Of a DNA stretch of 64,000 bases, positions 8,594 to 19,849 are shown piece by piece (within the stretch, counting starts at the first letter, position 1; every line of letters begins with the position of its first letter). The translations under genes were made by a program, and so were the position numbers. Source of the stretch: Candidatus Dormiibacterota bacterium (GTDB lineage Bacteria > Chloroflexota > Dormibacteria > Aeolococcales > Aeolococcaceae); assembly GCA_035995545.1 (NCBI GenBank), contig DASYKI010000003.1:540-64539 (forward strand), given 5' to 3'. Below the pieces are notes generated by a model that was not told the DNA's origin, ran no database searches, and saw only the letters and a list, made by a program, of their open reading frames with translations.

Positions 8594-9865
8594 CTAGGGA
8601 TAGATCCCCCGCACCGCCGTCGCGTCGGCAACCCGCTTCACCGCGACGAGATATGCCCCCAGCCGCAACGACACGCCATGCAGGTCCGCCTGCTCGCAGG
8701 TCTGCGCAAACGCCTTGCGCATCACCTTCTCCAGCTTGGCGTTGATCTCGCCCTCCTCCCAGAAGAAGGACTGGATGTCCTGCACCCACTCGAAGTACGA
8801 CACCGTCACCCCGCCCGCATTGGCGAGGATGTCCGGCACCACCACCACGCCGCGCTTCTCCAGAACTCGATCCGCGTCCGGGGTGGTCGGCCCGTTGGCC
8901 CCCTCGACGATGATCGGCGCCTGGATCCGCCCCGCATTGCGCAGGGTGATCTGGTTCTCCAGCGCCGCCGGCACCAGCATGTCCACCGGCAGCTCCAGCA
9001 GCGCCGCGTTGCTCACGGCCTGCGTCCCCGGGAAGCCCGCGACGTGTCCGGTCAGAGCGCGATGCTGCACCACCGCCGGCACGTCCAGCCCGCCGGGCGC
9101 ATAGATACCGCCAGAGACGTCAGAAACTGCACACACCCTGAACCCGGCGTCGGTCATGAGCAGCGCGGCGGTCGCGCCCACGTTGCCGAACCCCTGGATG
9201 GCAACGGTGGTCGACGCCGGATCGCGCTGCAGCCGCCGGCACACCTCCAGCGCGACGATGGTGACACCGCGCCCCGTCGCCGCCGGTCGCCCCTCGCTGC
9301 CGCCGATGTCGAGCGGCTTGCCGGTGACCACCGCGGGCACCGAGTACCCCTGCTCCATCGACACCGTGTCCATGATCCAGGCCATCACCTGGGCATTGGT
9401 GTTGACGTCCGGCGCGGGGATGTCCGATTCAGGCCCGATCAATACCGCGATCTCGCTGGCGAAGCGCCGCGTCAGCCGCTCCAGCTCGCGCTTGGACAGC
9501 TCCGACGGGTCGACGATCACCCCGCCCTTGGCGCCACCGAAGGGCAGGTTGGCGATGGCGCACTTCCACGTCATCCACATCGCCAGCGCCTTGACCTCGT
9601 CGAGCGACACCTGGGGATGGAAGCGCAGTCCGCCCTTGGCCGGACCGCGGGTCAGGTTGTGCTGGACGCGGTAGCCCTCGAACATCCGCAGGCTGCCGTC
9701 GTCCATCTTCACCGGGAAGCGGACGGTGAACTCGCGGCGCACCTCGCGGAGCACCGCGCGCAGCCCCTGGGGGAGCTGGAGGAGCTCGGCCGCGGCGTCG
9801 AACTGCTGCTGGGCGTTGGCCCAGGGGTTGTCGACGGCGGGGTTGAGGGACTCGGCGACGCTCAC
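8594..9865 (-). CDS. gdhA: NAD(P)-specific glutamate dehydrogenase (Glu/Leu/Phe/Val dehydrogenase family)
   Basis: Motifs read NPWANAQQQF, the catalytic-lysine region GGAKGG, and the Rossmann motif GFGNVG. The 792-aa track ORF extends antisense through corA, so I trimmed it to the in-frame GTG (VSVAESLNP, near 9865). An in-frame ATG near 9925 is the alternative start. Confidence 0.85.
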   Translation of the reverse strand: MSVAESLNPAVDNPWANAQQQFDAAAELLQLPQGLRAVLREVRREFTVRFPVKMDDGSLRMFEGYRVQHNLTRGPAKGGLRFHPQVSLDEVKALAMWMTWKCAIANLPFGGAKGGVIVDPSELSKRELERLTRRFASEIAVLIGPESDIPAPDVNTNAQVMAWIMDTVSMEQGYSVPAVVTGKPLDIGGSEGRPAATGRGVTIVALEVCRRLQRDPASTTVAIQGFGNVGATAALLMTDAGFRVCAVSDVSGGIYAPGGLDVPAVVQHRALTGHVAGFPGTQAVSNAALLELPVDMLVPAALENQITLRNAGRIQAPIIVEGANGPTTPDADRVLEKRGVVVVPDILANAGGVTVSYFEWVQDIQSFFWEEGEINAKLEKVMRKAFAQTCEQADLHGVSLRLGAYLVAVKRVADATAVRGIYP

Positions 9866-9934
9866 GTCGGCGCGCAGCCTAGCAGCGCGCGCGGCCTGGC
9901 AGGGGAGCCGCCGCACCGGTAGCATTGCCGGCGG

Positions 9935-11011
9935 ATGATCGAAACGCGCGTCCGGGGCCGGCTGAGCGAGACGCTCCCGGTCGAGCGGGTGCTGGCCTGG
10001 CAGCCCGAGGACGGCCTGCTCTGGATCCACGTGGCCGCCCCCGAGCCCGCCGACATCGAGTACCTGACCCGCGGATTCGCCCTGCACCCGCTGGTGGTCG
10101 AGGACCTGGAGCACCGCAACCAGCGGCCCAAGCTGGACGACTACCCCAACATGCTCTTCATCGTCATGTTCGGCACCCTGCGCGGCCCCGCCGAGGACAC
10201 CCTGATCCTCTGCGAGGTGCACATCATGATCGGCGACGGCTGGCTGGTCACCGTCACCGACGCCGAGATTCCCGCCATCCGCCAGGTCTGGGAGGCGGCC
10301 CAGAAGCGTCCCGAGATCGCCACCGGCACAGCGGCGTCGCTGTTCCACCGTCTCTGCGACGGCCTGGTCGACTCGGTGTTCCCCATCCTCGACAGCGTCG
10401 ACGAGGAGATCGACCGGATCGAGAACAACATCATCGAGCGCGCCGACGCGACCACGGTTTCGGACATCTTCCGGCTGAAACGCGACCTCAACGTGCTGCG
10501 CCGCGTGCTCGGCCCGCAGCGTGACCTGCTGCAGCTGCTGGCCGGTCCGCGCACCTCGCGACTCGACGCCGACTCGCAGCTCTACCTGCGCGACGTGTAC
10601 GACCACACCGTGCGCATGGTGGAGCAGGTCGACTCCTATCGCGACATCGTCACCGGTGCGCTCGACGTCTACCTGACGTCGGTGTCCAATCGGCTCGGCG
10701 AGCAGACGCGGAGGCTCACGCTGGTGGCAACCATCTTCCTGCCGCTCACCTTTCTCACCGGCTTCTTCGGCATGAACTTCGGTGCGCTGGTGTCGGCCAT
10801 CCAGTCGCCGATGGCGTTCGCCTTCGGGGTCTCCGCGATGGCGCTGGCGACGCCGTTGATCTACCTGGTGTCGCAGCGACTCACCGCGCGCGCCACGCCC
10901 ACCGGCGCCAGGCAGGGCGCGCGAATCCGGCGTCTGCACATCCGTCCGTATACTCGGCGGCGGCAGCACCACGAGGTGGAGGCCGCAGCGGACAAGGGAG
11001 GCAACCCGTGA
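9935..11011 (+). CDS. corA: CorA-family magnesium/cobalt transporter
   Basis: 358 aa. The C-terminal two-TM region carries the signature FFGMNFG (GMN motif). Confidence 0.85.
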   Translation: MIETRVRGRLSETLPVERVLAWQPEDGLLWIHVAAPEPADIEYLTRGFALHPLVVEDLEHRNQRPKLDDYPNMLFIVMFGTLRGPAEDTLILCEVHIMIGDGWLVTVTDAEIPAIRQVWEAAQKRPEIATGTAASLFHRLCDGLVDSVFPILDSVDEEIDRIENNIIERADATTVSDIFRLKRDLNVLRRVLGPQRDLLQLLAGPRTSRLDADSQLYLRDVYDHTVRMVEQVDSYRDIVTGALDVYLTSVSNRLGEQTRRLTLVATIFLPLTFLTGFFGMNFGALVSAIQSPMAFAFGVSAMALATPLIYLVSQRLTARATPTGARQGARIRRLHIRPYTRRRQHHEVEAAADKGGNP

Positions 11012-11328
11012 GCAGCGACGTTCCCGTCGAGGTGTCGGCCACCGACGCCGAGGCCGCCGTCGCCCGCGGTGAGGCCGACCTGCTCGACGTCCGCGAGCAG
11101 TGGGAGTGGGAGGAGCAGCGCGTCCCCGGGGCCACGCTGATTCCCATGAACGAGGTGCCGGCGAGGCTGGCGGAGATCCCCGCCGACCGCGACGTCTACG
11201 TGTTCTGCAAGATGGGCGGCCGCAGCGCGCGCGTCGTCGACTACCTGCGGCGCAACGGCCGCGAGCGCGCCGCCAACGTCACCGGCGGCATCGACGCCTG
11301 GGTCGAGGCCGGTCTGCCCGTCGAGTAG
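11008..11328 (+). CDS. rhodanese-domain sulfurtransferase (single domain)
   Basis: 106 aa with the active-site loop CKMGGRS. The start overlaps the corA stop. Confidence 0.8.
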   Translation: MSSDVPVEVSATDAEAAVARGEADLLDVREQWEWEEQRVPGATLIPMNEVPARLAEIPADRDVYVFCKMGGRSARVVDYLRRNGRERAANVTGGIDAWVEAGLPVE

Positions 11329-11341
11329 GTCGCGTCCGGGC

Positions 11342-12382
11342 CTACGGCGTCGTCGACGCCGCGGGTGACGCGGTGGCCGTGGCGCCCGGCGATGCGAATG
11401 CCGTACCGGTCGTCGACGCGCCGGGCGAGAACGTCGCCGAACCCTGCACCACGAACTGGATGTCCTGCTCGAGGTGGGCGCCGTGCATCGCGGTCACCGT
11501 GTAGGTGCCGGGCAGGAAGCCGCCGGCGGGAGCCTGGATGGTCACCGCGATCTCGCCGCCGGGGTCGAGGTTGCTGTGGGTGACGTCGCTCACCAGCTGC
11601 GAGGTGGTCACCGCCGTCCCCACCGGCTGCAGCGTGATGCGCAGCCGCAACGTGTCCGACGCGGTCACGTTGCGGTAGACGATGTCGAGGTAGATGGCGG
11701 GCACATCGCTGCTGAAGCTGATCTTTGCGGGCGCGCTGGCGACCTCTCGCGGCGTCGTGGCGCTGACCGTGCGCAGGGTCGTGACCTGGAAGGGCGCGCC
11801 CGACACCGCCTGCGAGGGCCCGGCGGTGTGCCCCAGGTCGAGCCGGGTCACCAGCAGCACCGCGATGGCGGCGACCGCCGCGAGCCCGGTGATGGCGGTG
11901 AACAGGCGGTTGCGGAAGGGGACGGACCAGCGCCGCAGCAGCGGCTGGCGCTGGACGGCGGGCGGCCGCGGGGGTGCGGCGGGCTGGACGGCCGCCATGG
12001 CCGCGGCCGGCGTCCAGGGTCGCGACGGCGCCGTCTCCAGCTCGGGGGCGAAGGCGTCCCAGAGGGTCATGGCGTTGACCAGCTCGGCGACCTCGGCGAC
12101 CTCCGCCTCCCAGAGGGGGACGGCGTCGGAGTCCTCGAACTCCTCGTCATCGTCGTCGTCGTCGTCGTCATAGGCGCGGCCGGTCGCGGCATCCGCCTGG
12201 GCAACGGCGCCCATGCCGGCAGCGCCCTCCTTGAGGAAGGCGGTGACGGGGGCCCGCTCGCGCGGCACGGGTGACTGCGGCGGGAGGTCCTCGCCCAGGC
12301 CGAGATCGCCGACCAGGTCGCGCAGCTCGGCCATCATCTGGCGGACGTCCGCCGGGGACGGTTCCGGCTCGTGTGCCGTCAT
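11342..12382 (-). CDS. hypothetical membrane-anchored protein with a poly-Asp acidic tract (anti-sigma-factor-like topology)
   Basis: 346 aa. An N-terminal cytoplasmic segment ends in DDDDDDDDEEFEDSD. A single TM helix follows (LFTAITGLAAVAAIAVLLV), then a Thr/Ser/Val-rich extracytoplasmic domain. Confidence 0.5.
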   Translation of the reverse strand: MTAHEPEPSPADVRQMMAELRDLVGDLGLGEDLPPQSPVPRERAPVTAFLKEGAAGMGAVAQADAATGRAYDDDDDDDDEEFEDSDAVPLWEAEVAEVAELVNAMTLWDAFAPELETAPSRPWTPAAAMAAVQPAAPPRPPAVQRQPLLRRWSVPFRNRLFTAITGLAAVAAIAVLLVTRLDLGHTAGPSQAVSGAPFQVTTLRTVSATTPREVASAPAKISFSSDVPAIYLDIVYRNVTASDTLRLRITLQPVGTAVTTSQLVSDVTHSNLDPGGEIAVTIQAPAGGFLPGTYTVTAMHGAHLEQDIQFVVQGSATFSPGASTTGTAFASPGATATASPAASTTP

Positions 12383-12474
12383 GGCGACACGACCCTATCC
12401 CACGGGGGCGTGCTCACCGCTCTCCCGTTTCCGAAGCGCGGCAGCAATCCGCGCATCCGTACCATGCCCGCGAA

Positions 12475-13302
12475 ATGTCCCTGCCCGCGCTGGCGCCTGT
12501 GGTGACCGTGCTGGTGCTGGCCGAGCTGGCCGTCGGCACCGTGGTCGCCGCCTGGCTGAGCGACCTCGGCGGCGGCGTGGGCCGCGGCTTCGCGGGCACC
12601 ACCGCGCTGATCTGCGCCGGGATCATGGGCCTGGACCTCGGCCTGCTGCTCATCCTGCCCGACCCCTCGCAGCTCCTCCACACCGGCGTCGACCCGGGGC
12701 GGTATGCGGAGTTCGTGCACTGGCTGATCGGGTTCACGGGGGCTTCCCTGGGCTATGCACTGTTCAGCGCGGTGGGGACCGACGTGGCGCGGCGGGTGGT
12801 GGGCGGTGTGGCGGTTGGCGTCGGTGCGACGGCGATCACCATGGCGGCGCTGGTCTTCGGTGGGCCTCTGGGTGGCGGGCTCGCCGCCGCTGTTGCGTTC
12901 GTGCCCGCGACCCTGCTGGGGGGCAGCGCGCTGTGCGGGATGCTGCTCGGGCACTGGTACTTGATCACGCCGGACCTCAGCTTCCGGCCGCTTCGGCATG
13001 CGGTGTACGGGGTGTTCGTGGCCGTCGCCGTGCAGGTGGCGGCGATCACCGGCGCTCTGCTGGTGGCCGATCCGGATGCGCGGCACAGCCTGCTGTCCGG
13101 GCACTACGGGGTCTCGTTCTGGCTGCTGGTGGTGCTCGCGGGCCTGGTGTTCACGGCGGCGGTCAACGGGTTGACCCTGTACTTCGCGCGCATGCGCGCC
13201 AACCAGCCGGCGACGGCGATGCTCTACGTGCTGATCATCACGGTGCTGATGGGCATCGTTCCGGCGCACCTGCTGTACTTCCTCACCCGCGTTCCGGTGT
13301 GA
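12475..13302 (+). CDS. integral membrane protein of unknown function (about 8 TM helices)
   Basis: I chose the in-frame ATG at 12475 (MSLPALAPVV). The track ORF 12271..13302 would overlap the divergent upstream gene. Hydrophobic helices run throughout. Confidence 0.5.
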   Translation: MSLPALAPVVTVLVLAELAVGTVVAAWLSDLGGGVGRGFAGTTALICAGIMGLDLGLLLILPDPSQLLHTGVDPGRYAEFVHWLIGFTGASLGYALFSAVGTDVARRVVGGVAVGVGATAITMAALVFGGPLGGGLAAAVAFVPATLLGGSALCGMLLGHWYLITPDLSFRPLRHAVYGVFVAVAVQVAAITGALLVADPDARHSLLSGHYGVSFWLLVVLAGLVFTAAVNGLTLYFARMRANQPATAMLYVLIITVLMGIVPAHLLYFLTRVPV

Positions 13303-13323
13303 GCCGAGGTTCGCAGCCCAGGG

Positions 13324-14241
13324 TCATTCCGGCGTTGCCAGGTCAGCGGGATCGACGCTCGCCGTCGCCCCGCGCTCCGACAGCGCGAGCCCGAGCCCGG
13401 TGAGGATCACCACGCCGCCGGCGATGGCCTGGCCGGGTGGCTTCTCACCGAGGATGGGGATGGCCAGCAGGCTGGTGATCACCGGCTCGCCGAGCAGCGA
13501 CACCGACACCAGCGCGGTGCGCAGATGGCGCAGCGTCCAGTTGAAGACGGTGTGTCCGAGCAGGGTGCACACCGCGGCGAGACCGAGGCAGGCCAGCAGC
13601 GTGCGCACGCTGGGCAGAACGTGCGAGCCCGTCAGTGGCGCGATCGGCAGGGCGCACAGCGCCACCACGGTATAGACGCTCGCCGAGTAGCCGAGCGTCC
13701 CCGTGCGCTCGCGCACGGTGCGGCCGAGCAGCAGGTAGCCGGTGAAGGTGGCGGCGCCGCTGAGCGCGAGGAGGTCGCCGCCGAGCGCGCGGGTGCTGAG
13801 GCGAAGGTCGAGTCCGGAAGTGATCGCGGTGCCTGCCAGCGCCAGCGCGATGCCCACCGCGAGCTGCCGCGACACCGGTTCGTTGAGCAGCCGCCTGCCC
13901 AGAAACGCGACCAGCACGGGATGGATGGTCACCAGCAGCACCGACGACGCCACCGACGTGTAGCGCAGCGAGAACGTCCAGGTGAGGAAGTGGGCGGCGA
14001 GGAAGAGCCCGCTGGCCAGCACCAGCAGCCGGTCGCGCCGGGTCGCCGGAAATCCCGCGCGGCCGCGGCGCGCGTCGCGCAGCAGCCACGGCGAGAGCAG
14101 GGCGACGGTGAGAGCCATGCGCACCCACACCACCGTGGCCGCGCCGTCGTCGGCGAGCCGGATGAAGATCGCCGAGAAGGACACGGCGACCACCGCCAGC
14201 ACCAGCCCGGGCAGGGCCAGCTCGGCGCCGCGCCGGCTCAC
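13324..14241 (-). CDS. EamA/DMT-family transporter (10 TM, duplicated EamA domains)
   Basis: 305 aa with a two-fold repeated hydrophobic pattern typical of drug/metabolite exporters. It overlaps the hpt stop by 4 bp. Confidence 0.7.
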   Translation of the reverse strand: MSRRGAELALPGLVLAVVAVSFSAIFIRLADDGAATVVWVRMALTVALLSPWLLRDARRGRAGFPATRRDRLLVLASGLFLAAHFLTWTFSLRYTSVASSVLLVTIHPVLVAFLGRRLLNEPVSRQLAVGIALALAGTAITSGLDLRLSTRALGGDLLALSGAATFTGYLLLGRTVRERTGTLGYSASVYTVVALCALPIAPLTGSHVLPSVRTLLACLGLAAVCTLLGHTVFNWTLRHLRTALVSVSLLGEPVITSLLAIPILGEKPPGQAIAGGVVILTGLGLALSERGATASVDPADLATPE

Positions 14242-14870
14242 CCTTCGTCCAGGGTGCGGACGTCGGGCAGGTTGCGCCAGCGCTCGTCGAGGTCGAGCCC
14301 GTAGCCGACGACGAAGCGGTCGGGGATGCTGAAGCCGGTGAAGTCGCAGTGCACCTCGGCGCGCCGCTGCACCTGCTTGTCGAACAGCGCGACCAGGCGC
14401 AGCGAACGCGGCCGGTGGCGGGCGACGTGGTCGAGCAGGAAGGCGGTGGTCAGTCCGGTGTCGAGGATGTCCTCGACGACGAGCACGTCGCGGCCCAGCA
14501 GGGGCATGCCGATGTCCTTGAGCAGCTCGACGGTGCCGGTCGAGCTGTCGCCCTGGTACGAGCGCACCGCGATGAAGTCGACGACGACGGGGGTTTGCAG
14601 TGCGCGGGCCAGGTCGGCGGTGAAGAAGAGCGAGCCCTTGAGCACGCAGATCAGGACCAGGGGTTGATCGATCGCGTCGTACGTCGCGTCGATGTCGATG
14701 GCGAGGGCGGCGATGCGCGTGGCGATCTGCCCGGCGTCGACCAGGATCTCGCCGCGCGGCGATCGCTGCGTTGGCGGCGGCGAGGCATCGTCGGGCACGT
14801 CACCAGAGTGTCGCAGTGCAAAGAAGACGGTCGCAACCCGGACGCACGCCTCGCCGATTGCCCATAGCAT
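14238..14870 (-). CDS. hpt: hypoxanthine-guanine phosphoribosyltransferase
   Basis: The PRPP-binding motif reads VLVVEDILDTGLT, with YGLDLDERWRNLP near the C-terminus. The true start is probably downstream of the annotated M, since typical Hpt is about 180 aa. Confidence 0.8.
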   Translation of the reverse strand: MLWAIGEACVRVATVFFALRHSGDVPDDASPPPTQRSPRGEILVDAGQIATRIAALAIDIDATYDAIDQPLVLICVLKGSLFFTADLARALQTPVVVDFIAVRSYQGDSSTGTVELLKDIGMPLLGRDVLVVEDILDTGLTTAFLLDHVARHRPRSLRLVALFDKQVQRRAEVHCDFTGFSIPDRFVVGYGLDLDERWRNLPDVRTLDEG

Positions 14871-14913
14871 GGGGTCCCCCTGCGACGAAGTTCACCAGTG
14901 AGGACTTGACTGC

Positions 14914-15742
14914 TGTGCCTGTGACGACCCGGGTGCTGGCGGCCGGGCTTGCGGCTGGTGCCGCTGCCCTGGCGACGACCCTGCCCGTGCTCGCCTACAA
15001 CCGCGTCGACAAGCTCGACCCCGTCCTCAGCGGCCGCGGCTACGTGTACTACGTCAAGGAGCTGGACACCGCCAGCCAGCCCATCGCCGGTCGCACCGTG
15101 ACCATGGCGGTGGGCACCGTCCCCGGCGCCGGCGCCTCGGTGGCGCCCGCCGACGCCTCCGGCCACACCACCGGCAACGCCGGGCCCTCGACCTCGGTGG
15201 TCAGCGGTCCCGACGGGCTCGCCTACTTCGTCCTGCACACCAGTCCCACCCCGGGGCAGAACGAGTTCCTCTGGCACGACGCCGACTTCACCGGACAGGT
15301 GCTGGTCCAGGGCACGCCCCACGGCGTCCCCACCAACGCCGCGGCGCCGGCGTCGGTGGGCCCGCCGTCGAAGACCGGGCCGACCCTGGCGCCCACTGCA
15401 TTCCCGACCCTGTCAGCGACCAGCCCCGCTGCGACGCATCCACCGGTGACGCCGCGTCCCGACGCGAGCGCCGCGGCGGGAGCCGCGGCCTCGGCGGCGA
15501 AGCCCTCGTCCGGCGGCGGTTCGCATCCCGGCGGCGGCGCTGCGGCTGCGGCGTCGCTCAACGCCGGTGCGGCGGGCGCCCGGCTGCCGGGCGGCTCGGT
15601 GCCTCCCATCGCCGCCGCGCTGGTTGCCGCCGGCCTGGTCTGGCTGGTGCTCCCCGGCGTGCTGAAGCGGCGCCTCGCGGTGCGGCCCCGGCTGCGCAGC
15701 AGCACCGGACGGGTGGCCTCGGGGCACGCGGGCGTCAGCTAG
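14914..15742 (+). CDS. secreted Ala/Pro/Thr-rich cell-envelope protein with a C-terminal hydrophobic anchor and basic tail
   Basis: I chose the GTG start near 14914, placed before the signal peptide (VTTRVLAAGLAAGAAALATTLPVLA). A low-complexity region follows. The C-terminus reads LPGGS + hydrophobic stretch + KRRL. The upstream part of track ORF 14771.. overlaps hpt. Confidence 0.45.
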
Positions 15743-15909
15743 GCGGCGCTGCGTCGCGGGGCGGATCACGGTGGCTGCGTCATGCACGGCAAGTCTGTCG
15801 CCGCGCGGCGAATCCTGGCCCCCTGGCAGCCGGTGACGGCGCCTCGACCCGCGGGACGCCGCGGCCCGCCGCCCCGGTAGGATCGTCTTCCCTTGGAGCG
15901 ACGCCACCG

Positions 15910-17877
<1,968 letters not shown>

Positions 17878-17898
17878 CGCTGGGCTAGACGCGCCCCG

Positions 17899-19725
17899 TC
17901 AGCCGGCGGGCGTGTCGTCGCGCAATGCGCCCTCGAGCTTCAGGACACGGCGCATGATCGCCACCGACGCGGCGTAGGTCGAGTCCATGCCGTGGTACGA
18001 CAATCCACGTGCGCCCAGCGTGCGCGCCTGGGTGAACGGCGTATCCGACGCGTAGTGGATGACGCCAAGGTCGATGGGCAGCTTGCTGAAGTTGACCGGC
18101 TCCCCGGTGGGGTAGCGTCCGGACTCGCTCATCTCGTACACCGCGGCGCAGTACGGACCAGCCTCCATCTCGACGACGGTGAACGCCTCGCGGTAGTAGA
18201 AGTCGAGATAGCCGTGGTTCTGCAGGAAGGTGCCCTTGACGGTGACGGCGCGCTGGTTGTCGAGCCCGCTGCCGAAGCGCAGCCAGGGCGCGATGTCGTC
18301 GTACGTCAAGGCGTTGTCGAGCCAGTACGTCGAGCCGCTGTGCTCGTCGTGGACGACGTTGCTGAGCATGACGTCGCCGACGTCGGCGTTCAGCGTCGCC
18401 GCCTTGCCCAGGACGTAGACGCCGCGCAGGTCGCCCGCGGTCTCGGCGATCTCGCGCAGGATGTTGTACGCGGCAAGCCCCAGCGGGTAGTCGATGTTGA
18501 CGATCACCGCGCGGCTCTCGCGCAGCGCGGCGCTGTCCACGGTGCCCAGGCGCGGGTCGAAGCGCGAGGGGTCGAGCGCTTCCAGGTTGATCACCTGCGC
18601 GGCGACGTCGAGGGCGGTGCGGCTGCCGACGTGGAAGATCCCGAGGCGCTGCTCGTCGGCGCGGCGCTGCAGGATGGCGGGGGCGTCGATGGGCATGTCG
18701 CGGTACCACTGGCGGGCGGCGTAGTAGAGGAAGTTGTTCCAGTCGCCCTCGGTGCGGCCTTCGCGGAAGCGGGTCAGCTCGTCGCGCAGGTCGCCCGGCC
18801 CCGCGTTGTGGACGAAGTCGACCAGTTCTCGCTCGTGGCGGCGGGCGGCGCCGCTGACCAGGTTGACCAGCGAGTGCGAGTTGCTGCTGACGAAGTACAC
18901 CGGCCGCCCGGCGATGCCCTCGGCGCGCTGCAGCGCCGCCACCTGCTCCCACCAGCGCCGGGTGACGCGCGAGTAGCCCACCTGGGTCCCGCCGAGCATG
19001 CGCAGGCGCAGCCCCATCTTGCGCGAGGCGATGTCGGCGAGCAGCGCGGTGAAGCCGTCGCCCCACTCCTCCGCGAGCTGCGACCAGTCGTCCTCGCGGC
19101 CGCCGATCGTGGCGGCGCACTCCGCGGCGGAGGCGGCCGCGGCGCCGGGTCGATCCCAGCCGGCGGCCTGCAACCGCTCGTGCAGCTTGTTCCACTCGAT
19201 CTGCAGCGCCACCAGGGTGGGGACGAGGTCGTCGACGTCCGAGGCGCTGGCGATCAGCACCGCGACCGTGCCCTGCCCGTCGTCGTACCAGCGTCGCCGC
19301 CGCCCCGGGGCGCTCACCTCTGTCCAGGTGTCCAGCGAGGTGAAGCCGTTGCGGGCGAAGACCTCCAGCGACTGGCCCATGACCACGCGCTGCGCCCCCA
19401 TCACCCCGGGCGGGAGGCGGCGGATGGCGTACAGGAACGCGCCCAGGTCGATCTCCGCCGACGCCGCGAGCGGATGCAGGCTCGAGCCCATCGCCTTGTG
19501 CGACGTCTCCAGCACGCGCAGGTGCATCTCGCCACTGCTGCGCAGCAGGGTGGTGTAGGTGCGGTGGTAGACCTCGACGGCCTCGGCCACGCTGGCCTCG
19601 TCCACCGTCGGCTGCGGCGCCCCGGCCCCGCGCACCGCGGCCTGCGAGGTCGGCGAGGCGGGGGAGTGGAGGCGGGGAAGGGCCATGGGAAAGATCGTCG
19701 CACGGTCCGCCGAAGGGCGGAGCAC
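17899..19725 (-). CDS. large hypothetical protein with a C-terminal nucleoside-phosphorylase-fold (PNP/UDP/AMP-nucleosidase-like) domain
   Basis: 608 aa. The C-terminal segment GVYVLGKAATLNADVGDVMLSN ... REAFTVVEMEAGPYCAAVYE resembles the PNP_UDP_1 fold, including a VEMEA box. The N-terminal roughly 400 aa is unrecognised. Confidence 0.55.
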   Translation of the reverse strand: MLRPSADRATIFPMALPRLHSPASPTSQAAVRGAGAPQPTVDEASVAEAVEVYHRTYTTLLRSSGEMHLRVLETSHKAMGSSLHPLAASAEIDLGAFLYAIRRLPPGVMGAQRVVMGQSLEVFARNGFTSLDTWTEVSAPGRRRRWYDDGQGTVAVLIASASDVDDLVPTLVALQIEWNKLHERLQAAGWDRPGAAAASAAECAATIGGREDDWSQLAEEWGDGFTALLADIASRKMGLRLRMLGGTQVGYSRVTRRWWEQVAALQRAEGIAGRPVYFVSSNSHSLVNLVSGAARRHERELVDFVHNAGPGDLRDELTRFREGRTEGDWNNFLYYAARQWYRDMPIDAPAILQRRADEQRLGIFHVGSRTALDVAAQVINLEALDPSRFDPRLGTVDSAALRESRAVIVNIDYPLGLAAYNILREIAETAGDLRGVYVLGKAATLNADVGDVMLSNVVHDEHSGSTYWLDNALTYDDIAPWLRFGSGLDNQRAVTVKGTFLQNHGYLDFYYREAFTVVEMEAGPYCAAVYEMSESGRYPTGEPVNFSKLPIDLGVIHYASDTPFTQARTLGARGLSYHGMDSTYAASVAIMRRVLKLEGALRDDTPAG

Positions 19726-19761
19726 GCGGCTTCTGCGCCAAACGCTGCATCAGGCTCGCTT

Positions 19762-19790
19762 TTGCAACTCGGTCGCAACTGGCGTAGCAT
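19762..19790 (+). promoter_or_regulatory. sigma-70-like promoter candidate (TTGCAA, 17-nt spacer, TAGCAT) about 60 nt upstream of the NiCoT gene
   Basis: The hexamers and the 17-nt spacer are read directly from the sequence. Confidence 0.35.
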
Positions 19791-19849
19791 GCCGGGCGGC
19801 ACCCGACCCGCTTCGCCAGCCCTCACCCTCCCGGAGGATGCCCTCTCCC

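Noticed and set aside
8594-10972. A 792-aa ORF that would make a giant glutamate dehydrogenase.
   Set aside because: The N-terminal 350 aa are antisense to the well-supported corA gene and have no GDH similarity. The GDH call is trimmed to the last 420-443 aa.
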